DNA of 64,000 bases from Alphaproteobacteria bacterium. Its GTDB lineage: Bacteria > Pseudomonadota > Alphaproteobacteria > RF32 > CAG-239. The stretch spans positions 4,790 to 68,789 of the forward strand of contig JAZRHM010000033.1 of NCBI GenBank assembly GCA_045644765.1, in the 5' to 3' direction. Made by a program: the position numbers and the translations under genes. A model generated the notes under the pieces. The model made no database searches. It was not told the origin of the DNA and saw only the letters and a program-made list of their open reading frames with translations. Shown here piece by piece: positions 11,528 to 22,071 of this stretch; position 1 is the stretch's first letter, and every line of letters starts with the position of its first letter.

Positions 11528-12190
11528 ATGAGTGATATTGTTGATACTTTAAGGAAAACCAGAAAAGGTGCAATGTTTATTATTGAAGCACCATCAGGAA
11601 CCGGTAAAAGCACTATTGTTAAAGAGCTCTTAAAACAAGATTCAAACTTAAAATTTTCTGTTTCGGTAACCACACGCAAACCACGTGAAGGCGAAAAAGA
11701 TGGCGTAGATTATTACTATATTACTGATGAAAAATATGACGAGTTATTAAAACAAGATGCTTTTTATGAATATGTAAATTCTCAATATGGTTCGCGCTAT
11801 GGAACTTTACGTTCAGAAGTTGACAGCTTTATTAACATAGGACAAGATGTTATTTTTGACATGGATTGGATTGGTGCAAGACAAATGCGCCAAAAAGCTC
11901 CTAATGATGTTGTGACCATTTATTTATTACCACCTTCCGTTAAAGAAGTTCGTCGTCGCTTGGAAGATAGAAAAACCGACTCCAAAGAAGTTATTGAAAA
12001 GCGTATGAATTTAGTTGCTGAAAAATTAAAACATTGGGATGAATTCGACTATGTAATTGTCAACGCAGATATTGAGGAAACCGTAAGAAAAGTACAGAGA
12101 GTTATATCAGGCGAAAGAATGAAAAGAGTTCGTCAAAGCGGATTACCTGATTTTATCAATAGCTTATTAGAGGAAGCTAAAGAAAAATAA
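11528..12190 (+). CDS. gmk: Guanylate kinase
   Basis: APSGTGKST, SVSVTTRKPREGEKDGVDYY, YGT. Confidence 0.95.
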   Translation: MSDIVDTLRKTRKGAMFIIEAPSGTGKSTIVKELLKQDSNLKFSVSVTTRKPREGEKDGVDYYYITDEKYDELLKQDAFYEYVNSQYGSRYGTLRSEVDSFINIGQDVIFDMDWIGARQMRQKAPNDVVTIYLLPPSVKEVRRRLEDRKTDSKEVIEKRMNLVAEKLKHWDEFDYVIVNADIEETVRKVQRVISGERMKRVRQSGLPDFINSLLEEAKEK

Positions 12191-12205
12191 TCTTTGGAGA
12201 TTAAT

Positions 12206-13132
12206 ATGGAAAAAATATACGAATCCGTTACTGACCTTGTAGGTAAAACCCCTCTTGTTAAGTTAAAAAATTTAACTGAAAGATATAAACTCAAGGCTAA
12301 TCTGCTAGCTAAATGTGAATTTTTTAATCCGACTTTTTCTATAAAAGACAGAGCAGCACTTAATATGCTTGAAAAGGTTCCGTTCACCAAAATCAATAAA
12401 GATACTGTTTTTGTTGAAGCAACATCAGGCAATATGGGCATTAGCCTTGCAGCAATATGTGCTGCAAAAGGCTATAAATTGGTTATCATAATGCCAGAAA
12501 ATATGTCAGAAGAGCGTATAAAATTGATACGTAATTTTGGAGCAGAAGTTATATTAACTCCGGCAGAAGACGGAATGAAAGGGGCTATTCAAAAAGCACA
12601 AATATTGGCACAAAAAAACAAAAATGTAATTATGCTAAAGCAATTTGAGAATCCGGCAAATCCGGAAGCACATACTTTTTCAACTGCCGTTGAACTGTTG
12701 GAACAAACAGGTACAAACATTGATGCTCTTGTGTGCGGCGTTGGTACATCTGGCACATTGACCGGTATCGCTAAAGCTCTGAAAAGTTGTTTGCCTGATT
12801 TATATATTGTAGCTGTTGAGCCTAAAGAAAGTCAGGTTTTAAAAGGAGAAAATTCAGCTCCACATAATATTGCCGGCATAGGTGCAAACTTCATTCCTCC
12901 ATTCTTTGATAAATCGTTTGTTAATGAAATTATCCCAGTTACTTCTGATGATGCTATAAATATGGCAAAAGAAACTGCTAAAATCGAAGGATTAGCTGTT
13001 GGTATTTCTGCCGGAGCAGCTATTTCTGCTGCTATACAATTAAGCCAAAGGCCTAATATGAAAAATAAAAATATTGTGGTTATTTTGCCTGATGCAATTG
13101 AGAGATATTTATCTTTGAGTTATTTTAGTTAA
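12206..13132 (+). CDS. cysK: Cysteine synthase A-like PLP enzyme (some motifs divergent)
   Basis: VGKTPLV, KCEFFNP.FSIKDR (PLP Lys), EATSGN, QFENPANP, ERYLS. Confidence 0.85.
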   Translation: MEKIYESVTDLVGKTPLVKLKNLTERYKLKANLLAKCEFFNPTFSIKDRAALNMLEKVPFTKINKDTVFVEATSGNMGISLAAICAAKGYKLVIIMPENMSEERIKLIRNFGAEVILTPAEDGMKGAIQKAQILAQKNKNVIMLKQFENPANPEAHTFSTAVELLEQTGTNIDALVCGVGTSGTLTGIAKALKSCLPDLYIVAVEPKESQVLKGENSAPHNIAGIGANFIPPFFDKSFVNEIIPVTSDDAINMAKETAKIEGLAVGISAGAAISAAIQLSQRPNMKNKNIVVILPDAIERYLSLSYFS

Positions 13133-13158
13133 AACATAATCATTTTTGAAAGAAAATT

Positions 13159-14268
13159 ATGAAACCAAGCTCAATACTAGGACGTTATTTATCAAAACAA
13201 ATTGTTGTTACCTTTTTATTGGTTCTTTTAACCATTATGGGTATTATAATGATGTTTGATGCTATTGAAGCATTACGCCGCATTTCCGGTCGTGAAGATG
13301 TCGGCATGAGCTATGTTGTTGAATATGTAATTACTCGATTACCACAAACCATTGATAGAGTGTTACCATTTATAATGATGATTGCTTCTATGATAACCTT
13401 TTGGAAGGTAAGCAAAAGCAACGAATATGTAATTATACGTTCATCAGGTGTTTCGGTTTGGGGATTTTTAACCCCTGTTTTACTTACTGTTTTTGCAGTC
13501 GGCATAATCAATATTGCTCTTATAAATCCTATTTCATCAAAAATGTATGAAATGCATGAGACTATAAAATATCGTTTCATAACAAGAAACCCTAATGCAA
13601 TGCTTTTTTCCAGCAAAGGCTTGTGGATTAGAGAGGCAGTTTCTGAAGAAACAGTTTTAGTATTAAAAGCTAAATCGTTACATCAAGACGAAAATGAAAT
13701 TTTATCTATGCAAGATGTAAGTATTTTAGAAATGGACAGGCAATCGCAAATATTACGAAGGATTGAGGCTCTACTCGGAGAACTTCAAAATAATAAATTA
13801 AAATTAAAAGGTGTAAAAATATTTGAGAGCGCTAAAAAAACTGAGTATCTGCAACAGATTGAATATGAAACAGCAATAAATTTAGAAAGGATTAAAGAGA
13901 ATTTCATAGACCCTGATGCTATTTCTGTGTGGGAATTACCTGAAACTATAAAATTTTATGAAAGTTCCGGTTTTTCGGCAGATCGTCATAAAATGAGATA
14001 TCTATCATTATTAATATCACCTTTTCTGCTTGTCGCCATGTGTTTGGTTGCTTCACTCTTTTCCTTGAAACCCAATATGCGTCAAGGAGGAGTTATGTTT
14101 TTGATTGTCACAGGTATCACGACAGGATTTGTAGTATATTTTGCCTCACAGCTTGTTTATGCTTTCGGAATAAACGGATATATTCCAATTTGGTTTGCGG
14201 CATGGGCCCCGACTCTTGTTGTATCATTACTTGGTATTAGTATTATGTTACAAAAAGAAGAAGGCTAA
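13159..14268 (+). CDS. lptG: LPS export ABC transporter permease, LptF/LptG family (LptG-like)
   Basis: Multi-TM; SKSNEYVIIRSSGVSVW; AAWAP; C-terminal EEG. Confidence 0.85.
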   Translation: MKPSSILGRYLSKQIVVTFLLVLLTIMGIIMMFDAIEALRRISGREDVGMSYVVEYVITRLPQTIDRVLPFIMMIASMITFWKVSKSNEYVIIRSSGVSVWGFLTPVLLTVFAVGIINIALINPISSKMYEMHETIKYRFITRNPNAMLFSSKGLWIREAVSEETVLVLKAKSLHQDENEILSMQDVSILEMDRQSQILRRIEALLGELQNNKLKLKGVKIFESAKKTEYLQQIEYETAINLERIKENFIDPDAISVWELPETIKFYESSGFSADRHKMRYLSLLISPFLLVAMCLVASLFSLKPNMRQGGVMFLIVTGITTGFVVYFASQLVYAFGINGYIPIWFAAWAPTLVVSLLGISIMLQKEEG

Positions 14269-14317
14269 ATTTATAAAAAACTTAGCCTTGTTTAGTACAG
14301 ATATAAATAAAAAACAC

Positions 14318-15280
14318 TTACATATCAAACAAAGGTCGACCTTGCATCATACGTGTCATCTGAGTTTCTATAGATGTTGCTAAATTGATTTTTCCGCTCT
14401 TAATGATACTTCTTACTTGGCATCCTTTGGTTGTATCCGGATTTGCAAATACAAATCTTAAAATTGGCATTTTCTGACCTCCTACACCCTTTAAATTTTG
14501 GTGCACAATTGCAAGCATACCTCGAGATAACAAGTCATATGCTAAATCTTCACTCATATCTGAGGAAGATGCATATTTCACAATAGAATTAATAGCATCT
14601 GAAATATTATTAGCGTGAATTGTTGATAAGACCAAGTGACCGGAAGTAGCAGCTCTCAAACATTCACTTGCAGCATCGGGAGAACGTATCTCACCAACCA
14701 AAATGTAACGAGGCTTCGAACGTAATGCTGATTTTAGACTATCGCCCCAATTATTATTAATAGGTTGAGTTTGTTTACATAATCCAAAAGAACCGTTTAA
14801 CGCTGTATATTCGCCATCTAAAGGCATCTCTGAAGGATCTTCAATAGTATATGCAAAACCACCTTCTTTCATTAGGAATTCTTTTAACAAAGATGAAATA
14901 GATGTAGTTTTACCTGAACCGGTTGATCCTGCCCACAAAATCAAACCGGAAGAGCGACCTAATAATGATAAATAGTTGACAATTTCCTTACGATACCCAA
15001 GTTTATCAAAATCCGGTACAGTTTTAGGCATTTTACGTATACAATATTGTATACCTGTAATAGTCATTGATCTTTCAACACGAAATAGCGTATTTTCATA
15101 TGATATTGAATAGCTAGAATTTCCTTCATATGAAGATTCAACCAAGTGATAAAAAGCATCAAAATCTGTTGCCTCAAAAATTTGCAGACCATTCTCTGTT
15201 AAATCATCAGGTATATAAGCTATTTTTTCAGGAGTAATATAAATATCGGAAAAAAATATATCATTAATTCGTGTCATCAT
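14318..15280 (-). CDS. PilT/BfpF-like type IV pilus / secretion ATPase
   Basis: Walker A GSTGSGKTT, Asp box TIEDPSE, Walker B ALRSKPRYILVGEIR, His box SGHLVLSTIHA; 320 aa without a PilB N1 domain. Confidence 0.85.
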   Translation of the reverse strand: MMTRINDIFFSDIYITPEKIAYIPDDLTENGLQIFEATDFDAFYHLVESSYEGNSSYSISYENTLFRVERSMTITGIQYCIRKMPKTVPDFDKLGYRKEIVNYLSLLGRSSGLILWAGSTGSGKTTSISSLLKEFLMKEGGFAYTIEDPSEMPLDGEYTALNGSFGLCKQTQPINNNWGDSLKSALRSKPRYILVGEIRSPDAASECLRAATSGHLVLSTIHANNISDAINSIVKYASSSDMSEDLAYDLLSRGMLAIVHQNLKGVGGQKMPILRFVFANPDTTKGCQVRSIIKSGKINLATSIETQMTRMMQGRPLFDM

Positions 15281-15343
15281 TAAATCTTTCTTCTGTTAAT
15301 ATTAATAATATGCAAGAATAACAAATTTTTAAAAAAATTCAAC

Positions 15344-15370
15344 AAAAAACCGGCAACAAACCGGTTTTTT
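15344..15370 (-). terminator. Terminator after trxA
   Basis: AAAAAACCGG-caacaaa-CCGGTTTTTT inverted repeat. Confidence 0.6.
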
Positions 15371-15376
15371 AACAAA

Positions 15377-15691
15377 TTATCTGTAAGAATTTACCCATTC
15401 TATAATGGTATCTTGAGAATTAAACCCTACTTTCACATCAACTTGTTTTCCATCTTTAAACAAAAACATCGTTGGTATTGAACGAATAGCATAACTTGCT
15501 GCTGTATTTGGAGCTTCATCAACATTCATCTTACAAATTTTTAAGCTATCTCCAAATTGTTTACCAACCTCTTCCAATACAGGACCTAACTGACGGCAGG
15601 GGCCACACCATTCTGCCCAAAAATCAACCAACACCAGGCCTTTAGAATTTAAAACTTCTGTTTCAAACTGATTATCAAGAATTGAGATCAT
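15377..15691 (-). CDS. trxA: Thioredoxin
   Basis: DFWAEWCGPC, IRSIPT; follows addA as usual in Alphaproteobacteria. Confidence 0.97.
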   Translation of the reverse strand: MISILDNQFETEVLNSKGLVLVDFWAEWCGPCRQLGPVLEEVGKQFGDSLKICKMNVDEAPNTAASYAIRSIPTMFLFKDGKQVDVKVGFNSQDTIIEWVNSYR

Positions 15692-15784
15692 TTTATTACC
15701 TTTCAGCTAAAATTAAAATTATCTTCTTATATAGTTATCTTATGTTGATATTAAAGTTATTTTTTCATCAAGACAACATTTAAT

Positions 15785-18700
15785 TTAAACAATTTGCATT
15801 AAGTTTGCCGTATTAGTCCAAAGTATGTAAGTTTCTATATCTTTATCAGGATATATTTTTTTCATCAGCTGTTCATAAGCTTTTAATTGCTTTATATAAA
15901 CTTTAGGAATCGAATTTAGATCCGTAGCGGCTGGTCTGTTTGTTTTAAAATCTACAATTGCAACTTTATTATCTGATATTACCAATCTATCAATTTGAGC
16001 AGATACCAAACGGCCGTCAATTTCTCCTGCAATCGGAACTTCAGCTCTTGATTCTTTACCAAAAATAAAAGAAAATTTTGGATGTGTAATAAGTTTTATT
16101 ATTTCTTCTTCTATTTGTTTTAATGTGTATTTGCTAATATTATCACCATGCTTTTTCAAATATATTTTGACAGCTTTTATTTTTTCATCAATTGAAACAT
16201 CTGTGGGAAGAAATTGTAATAATGAGTGTATCAATAATCCTCGTTGATAATAATGAGTGTTATCTGTTAACGGAGAGCTTACAGGCGTTTCGTCATCATC
16301 AGGTTTTGATGGTGTATAAGGCCTGTCCAGAGAGCCTTCCTCTTCTGCTCTTTCAAACAACCAATTTGGAGTTTGCAGGTCATCATAATTGATAATTTTT
16401 TCTTCTTTTTTTTCACACTCTAATTCTTGTTTGCATTCGTATAAAAGCTTTTTATCATCAGATAAAATTCCCAAATCTTGCAACATTTTCTCACATAAAG
16501 AATACCACGATCTTTCATCTGCCTCACCTTTAGATTTATAACCGGCAATATACAATCGGTCTTCAGCTCTGGTTAGAGCAACATAAAGTAATCTGCGATA
16601 CTCATCAAAAGCAGCTGCATTTTTTTCATCATGTATTCTATCACATATCGAATCGTATTTTGATGCAGATAATGGGAAATATGCCAAACTATCATCAAAT
16701 AAAATATCTTCTCCTCTTTTAACATTTGCGATGCGAATCGTATCAGGAATAATCACTATCGGAGCTTGCAATCCTTTAGACCCGTGCGCTGTCATAATAC
16801 GTACCGAATCGGCTTTAGCCTGCTCCAACTCTCTCTTTATTTCTACCTCACCTGAATTTATCCATTGTATAAAATTTTGCAAATTAGGAATATGCTCAAT
16901 CTCAAAGCTCAAACTTAAATTAATAAATTCATCTATAGAATCTTCTGCTTCCGAACCTAAACGAGATATAAATTTTTTACGTCCCTGCATACTTGTTAAC
17001 ACATAATTGAATAATTCAAATGGTCGTAAATAGTCTGCTTTTTTTATTAACTCATTTAATTGCAGAGATATTGCATCATATTTTGTATTTGCTCTTAATC
17101 GTTGCCATAATGAATGTTCTTTTCTATTGTAACACAACTCAAATAAATCTTCATCTGTCAATCCAAACAATGGTGATTTTAATGTTTCAGCTAATTTTAA
17201 ATCATCTTGAGGTAATAATAAAAACTGTGCCAAAGAAAGTAAATCTTGTACAGCTATTTGTTCTAATAGTTTAAGCTTATCCACACCGGAAACGTTTACA
17301 CCTATATTTTTACACTCTCTGACAAATTCTTCCATAAAAGCATTACGCCTTTGTACCAACACCATAAAATCACTATAACGAATCGGTCGATTTTGCGATT
17401 CTAAAACCTCTTTATTTTCAACCATCATTTTAATATTGGAAGCAATTTTTGCTGCTAATTTAGAACTTGCTGATGATTTAATTTTACGTTCGACAGGGGG
17501 ATACCAGATATCATCTTCACTTTTTTCATCACTGACAATTAATGGCCAAAGTATAACTTTTCCGCCTTCTCCAAGACGATATGGCAGATGAGATACACGT
17601 TGTCCATCTATAACAACCCCCGATTTAGCTTCCGGAATATTAAATAAATGATTTACACTTTCAAGCACTGCTTTTGTAGAACGGAATGAAACATCTAAAT
17701 GTATCTTTTTCAAATTTTTATCTTTAGAGGAAAAATAGCGGTACATATTATCAAACTCTTCCGGATCAGCCCCTTGAAAACTATATATAGACTGTTTTCT
17801 ATCTCCCACTGCAAAAATTGTACGATTTTCTTCTTTTTGCCCAAATCCGTCAAAAAACTCATCAGTTAAAGATTTAATAATTAACCACTGATCCGGGGAT
17901 GTATCCTGAGCCTCATCAATTAATATATGACTTATACCACCATCTAATTTATACAATACCCAAGATGATATATTTTCATTTTCCATCAACCTTTTAGTTA
18001 TAACCACTAAGTCTTCAAAGTCTAAACATGCGGTCTTGCGTTTATATTCTGCATACCCTCTATTTAATATTTCGGCCACACTTATTATTGCTTTTGTAGA
18101 ATTATATAACTCTATCTTTACAAGATGGTGCTCAAAATCTAATATCTCCTGTGCTAAGGCAGACATATTTTCAACAATCTCCGGCCAAATCTTTATAGCA
18201 TCTTTACATGCTAAACGATCTCTTATTTTCGTACCGGTAATAAATACTTTTTTATATACATCATAATCAAAACACTCTAAACATTTATACAAACTTTGAG
18301 CATTTTTTTTATCACTTTGTGAACTATTTATTAAAACATCTGCAATTTTTTTAATTACATCTATTTTTATATTGACAGCAAAATTCTCAAAAGCTTTATC
18401 AATTGTGTGCTCACTGCTAACTCCTAGTTTTTTTTGCAAAGCCTGTACAAAACCATTAAAATCTGCATATTTAGAAAGCAATGATGTTATTTTGTTTCGA
18501 TTTTCCGTTATCTTTTTTAACAATTCTGTAAATTTAAACTCTTTTATATTAGCTGTTAACCAAGCAACATTTTTACCGATAACACTTTTCGGTTCCTTTT
18601 GAGCATTTGATATCAGATTTTTACTTATATTGTTAAGAGCTTCTTTTGCCGATCTATCATCTATAATTGTAAAATAAGGTGCAATACCGGCTTCTATCGG

Positions 18701-19138
18701 AAATCTTTTTAATATCTCTTCACAAAAACTGTGCATTGTTTGAATTTTTATTCCACTTGGTTCATCAAGAACTTTGGCAAACAAAGTTCTCGCTTCTTTT
18801 ATTAATGTATCCCCAGGATTAACAGCTGTTATTTTATAAATTTCTTCCCGCAAGTTATATTCTGGCATCACTGCCCACTCACCTAATTTTTTGGATATTC
18901 GCGTATTCATTTCAACAGCTGCTGCTTTTGTATATGTAAGACACAAAATTTTTGACGGACTAACACCGTTTAATAAAAGACGCAAAACTCTATCTGATAA
19001 AACTTTTGTTTTTCCGGTTCCTGCCGAGGCTTCAACCCATACAGATTTTTCAGGATTAGCTGCCTCATTTTGTTGCTTTGTTGCCAATAAAACTAGAGCT
19101 TCTTTCTTGCCTAATATTTCTTCTGTTTTATTCATCAT
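15785..19138 (-). CDS. addA: Double-strand break repair helicase/nuclease AddA
   Basis: ASAGTGKT, LTYTKAAA, LIDEAQDT, VGDRKQSIYSFQGAD, YVALTRA, C-terminal IDRL...VDFKT nuclease. Confidence 0.96.
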   Translation of the reverse strand: MMNKTEEILGKKEALVLLATKQQNEAANPEKSVWVEASAGTGKTKVLSDRVLRLLLNGVSPSKILCLTYTKAAAVEMNTRISKKLGEWAVMPEYNLREEIYKITAVNPGDTLIKEARTLFAKVLDEPSGIKIQTMHSFCEEILKRFPIEAGIAPYFTIIDDRSAKEALNNISKNLISNAQKEPKSVIGKNVAWLTANIKEFKFTELLKKITENRNKITSLLSKYADFNGFVQALQKKLGVSSEHTIDKAFENFAVNIKIDVIKKIADVLINSSQSDKKNAQSLYKCLECFDYDVYKKVFITGTKIRDRLACKDAIKIWPEIVENMSALAQEILDFEHHLVKIELYNSTKAIISVAEILNRGYAEYKRKTACLDFEDLVVITKRLMENENISSWVLYKLDGGISHILIDEAQDTSPDQWLIIKSLTDEFFDGFGQKEENRTIFAVGDRKQSIYSFQGADPEEFDNMYRYFSSKDKNLKKIHLDVSFRSTKAVLESVNHLFNIPEAKSGVVIDGQRVSHLPYRLGEGGKVILWPLIVSDEKSEDDIWYPPVERKIKSSASSKLAAKIASNIKMMVENKEVLESQNRPIRYSDFMVLVQRRNAFMEEFVRECKNIGVNVSGVDKLKLLEQIAVQDLLSLAQFLLLPQDDLKLAETLKSPLFGLTDEDLFELCYNRKEHSLWQRLRANTKYDAISLQLNELIKKADYLRPFELFNYVLTSMQGRKKFISRLGSEAEDSIDEFINLSLSFEIEHIPNLQNFIQWINSGEVEIKRELEQAKADSVRIMTAHGSKGLQAPIVIIPDTIRIANVKRGEDILFDDSLAYFPLSASKYDSICDRIHDEKNAAAFDEYRRLLYVALTRAEDRLYIAGYKSKGEADERSWYSLCEKMLQDLGILSDDKKLLYECKQELECEKKEEKIINYDDLQTPNWLFERAEEEGSLDRPYTPSKPDDDETPVSSPLTDNTHYYQRGLLIHSLLQFLPTDVSIDEKIKAVKIYLKKHGDNISKYTLKQIEEEIIKLITHPKFSFIFGKESRAEVPIAGEIDGRLVSAQIDRLVISDNKVAIVDFKTNRPAATDLNSIPKVYIKQLKAYEQLMKKIYPDKDIETYILWTNTANLMQIV

Positions 19139-22061
19139 CCGCCTCCACTGCCCATTCTTTTACTCGAGCAAGATGTTCATAATCAGAATATTTAGGTAAA
19201 TGCTTCGGATTAGGTCTAGCCATATATGGTGTAGTTTCAAAATCAAATAAAGAAACTAATTTTTGAAGATTATCTTCTGTTTTTTCTATCAAATTAAGTT
19301 TATAGTCTTCATCCGTAACGTTATAACATATCACTTTATCACCTAATTTCCAATAAGAAAGCTCATCAATCGGTAACGCCTTTATATTACATTTTTTTCC
19401 GTTAATTTCTTTATAAAACCCGCCTTTAGATGCGATCAATCCCTCTATCGGAAGTTGAGGCGCATAACCGGCATTAACTTCATCTTTCGAACGAGGTGTT
19501 CCTGTTTTATAATCTACAATATTTATTTTTCCTTCAGTTGTTATGTCAACTCTATCAGCTCTTGCCGTGATTGTAAACTCACCTGCCGGAGCTTGAATTT
19601 GTATATTACCTTGAACTTCTGCATATATATGCTTAATATTTTTTCTATATTCGGTTTCTGTTTTGATTATCCATTTAGCCGTTTTTTCCAACAAAGGCCA
19701 CCAAAATGCTCTAACCTGAGAATCTGCGTTTGTTTTGGAAAACTCATCTAAAGCAATTTGTATCAATTCACTATAAGCATTATTTGGCAGTTCATTAGGA
19801 AATTTTGTATTAAATTTTTCTAATATCTTATGAATAAGATTACCATAATCACTGGTATTTAATGGATTTTCAAGCTCTTCCAATGGTTTTAATTTTAGTA
19901 TATATTTAGCATAAATTTCGTAAGGATCTCTCATTAAAATTTCTATTGCACTTGCAGATAAAGTTCTTGGTCTTGCCTCAACCGGAGGTGTCGGTGCCGG
20001 AGGGTTAATTTTTTGTAATTTCACCGGTCTATCAAGCATATATACCATTTGCAAAATTCTTTTATCATATACTAATGACCGATTAATGTTACAAGCCTTT
20101 AAAACAGTTTCCATACGAAGCAACCATCTTGATTTATTGGTAGGAGATGAATTTGATCGATTTGATCTTGTAATAAAAACATTATCTGCACACATTAACT
20201 GGCAAAAATCAAATCCTGCAATGCCGATTTCTTTATCCGGCAATGACATATTTAATGAATTTTTCATTGGGCGTGAAAGCCACGGATCAGATTTTAGAAA
20301 CTCTGGCCAAAACCCTTCGTTTACTGCCCCAATTACTATCGTGTCATAACGATTAAAACGAGCTTCAATCGGCCCTAAAATTTTTAAACGAGGATGCGTA
20401 CCATAATTATAACGAACATTTTTTGTTGATAGTAACAAAGTAAAAACATTTATATATTCATCAGGAGCAATATTTCCTGCTACATCACTCTGTTGCAACA
20501 ACATTCCAAATAATTCTGCTGCACTTTTTCCATCATCACCTTTCCATAAATTTTGCTCACCACTATTTTGGTTATCAGCACATAAAATTTCGGCGACTTC
20601 CAAATGTGTCTTAATTAATGTTGAAAGAGATATTATCGGCTGTTGAAATAACTCGTATAAAGGCCTTAATATTTCTTTTAAGTCTATTATCCATCTGCTG
20701 AGTTCTTCCGGTATTTGTTTTGATTGTTCTGAGAAAACAGGTTTCCTTTTGTTATATTCCCAATTTCTCACTATCTTAAGCAAACTTGTAGGCTCCAAAG
20801 ACATTTTTACCAAAGGATTTTTTACCAAAGCTAAAATTGATAATAAAGAAAAATCTGTTTCAATGACATTTAAAATTAATCTCAAGAATACACCAACCGG
20901 CGTTAAGTGGAGCGGCTTTCCGGCCGAATCATCAATTTTTATTCCCCAACGCTCTAATTCTGTTGCCGTTCTTCTTGCTAAATTTCTGTCTGTTGTTACA
21001 AGTGCTGCCGTTTTTGACGGAGTATTTAATGCTTCTCGTAAAATAAGAGCTGCACTTAAAGCTTCTTGCCTGTCATCAGCACATTCTATCAAAGAAATAC
21101 CTTCTATTGTTTCAGCAGAATAAGAACCATCATGCAAATCTCTCCATCTTGATGTCGCTTTTGCGGGTAACATAAATTCAGAAATAAAACGTTCTCGCTG
21201 AGGTTTTGTCGGTTGCATATAATCGGCAACATCGAATCTGTCGATATTAAGATAAGATAGCAGTTTTTTTAACTCAAACTGAGGATGTGTCGGCTCTACC
21301 AAATCCCATTCATAATCACTAAGCGTCCTATCTAATCCGTATAAAAACACTTCACCATTTTCAAGCTCAGATACTATTTTTACAAGTTTACGAAAACTCT
21401 CATATCCGGCTGTAATACCTGCCGCTATAATTTTTTGTTTTGTTTTATTTTGTTGCCATAAAGACGCTCTAAGTTCTATGAGCCTATTTTTACGATATAC
21501 TATATCCGTTACATTTTTTTCTTTTAAAATTTTAGGCCAATTATCCGTAATTATTTTTAAAAATTCCAGAGTTTGCTGCCAATGAGTAGCAAACTGCTCA
21601 GGCACAATATTTTTTAATTCATTAAAAGAGATTCCCTCATTATATGAAATATCAATTAATAGCGCTAAATCTTTTGCCAAACTGAGAGCTTGAGCAAAAT
21701 TCATTTCCGGCACGCCATAATCGGCCGGCTTAGATGCTATTAATTTTGCAAATAAAAATAACCTTTCATACTCACTAATTGCCGGCAAAATAGAATCGGT
21801 AAATTCTTCATCATTTGCACTTAGTAAAAAAATATCATCTTCTTCAATATCGCCAACCGGAACAATTTTAGGCAACATTACAGGCTTTTTACCATTGTAA
21901 CGTATAAAAGCCTCTTTAAGTGAAATACAAGTTCTGCGATTGGGCATCAAGAATATAACATCAGCAAGTTTTTCTTTGCTATCCTCAAATTCTTTTGAAA
22001 TTTTTTGGACCAACGTATCAACAAAAGAACAGCTATACGGAATGTTATAAACAGCACCCAT
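19128..22061 (-). CDS. addB: Double-strand break repair protein AddB
   Basis: MPNRR, HPQF, DRNLARR, DDSAGKPL, RADRVD...VDYKTG, PQLPIEG, DYEHLARVKEW. Confidence 0.95.
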   Translation of the reverse strand: MGAVYNIPYSCSFVDTLVQKISKEFEDSKEKLADVIFLMPNRRTCISLKEAFIRYNGKKPVMLPKIVPVGDIEEDDIFLLSANDEEFTDSILPAISEYERLFLFAKLIASKPADYGVPEMNFAQALSLAKDLALLIDISYNEGISFNELKNIVPEQFATHWQQTLEFLKIITDNWPKILKEKNVTDIVYRKNRLIELRASLWQQNKTKQKIIAAGITAGYESFRKLVKIVSELENGEVFLYGLDRTLSDYEWDLVEPTHPQFELKKLLSYLNIDRFDVADYMQPTKPQRERFISEFMLPAKATSRWRDLHDGSYSAETIEGISLIECADDRQEALSAALILREALNTPSKTAALVTTDRNLARRTATELERWGIKIDDSAGKPLHLTPVGVFLRLILNVIETDFSLLSILALVKNPLVKMSLEPTSLLKIVRNWEYNKRKPVFSEQSKQIPEELSRWIIDLKEILRPLYELFQQPIISLSTLIKTHLEVAEILCADNQNSGEQNLWKGDDGKSAAELFGMLLQQSDVAGNIAPDEYINVFTLLLSTKNVRYNYGTHPRLKILGPIEARFNRYDTIVIGAVNEGFWPEFLKSDPWLSRPMKNSLNMSLPDKEIGIAGFDFCQLMCADNVFITRSNRSNSSPTNKSRWLLRMETVLKACNINRSLVYDKRILQMVYMLDRPVKLQKINPPAPTPPVEARPRTLSASAIEILMRDPYEIYAKYILKLKPLEELENPLNTSDYGNLIHKILEKFNTKFPNELPNNAYSELIQIALDEFSKTNADSQVRAFWWPLLEKTAKWIIKTETEYRKNIKHIYAEVQGNIQIQAPAGEFTITARADRVDITTEGKINIVDYKTGTPRSKDEVNAGYAPQLPIEGLIASKGGFYKEINGKKCNIKALPIDELSYWKLGDKVICYNVTDEDYKLNLIEKTEDNLQKLVSLFDFETTPYMARPNPKHLPKYSDYEHLARVKEWAVEADDE

Positions 22062-22071
22062 AAATTACCTC

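Noticed and set aside
13159-14268. lptG without lptF (also ruvAB without ruvC, ybgC without tolQ) as gene loss
   Set aside because: Partners may lie elsewhere in this rearranged genome; absence cannot be judged from one window.
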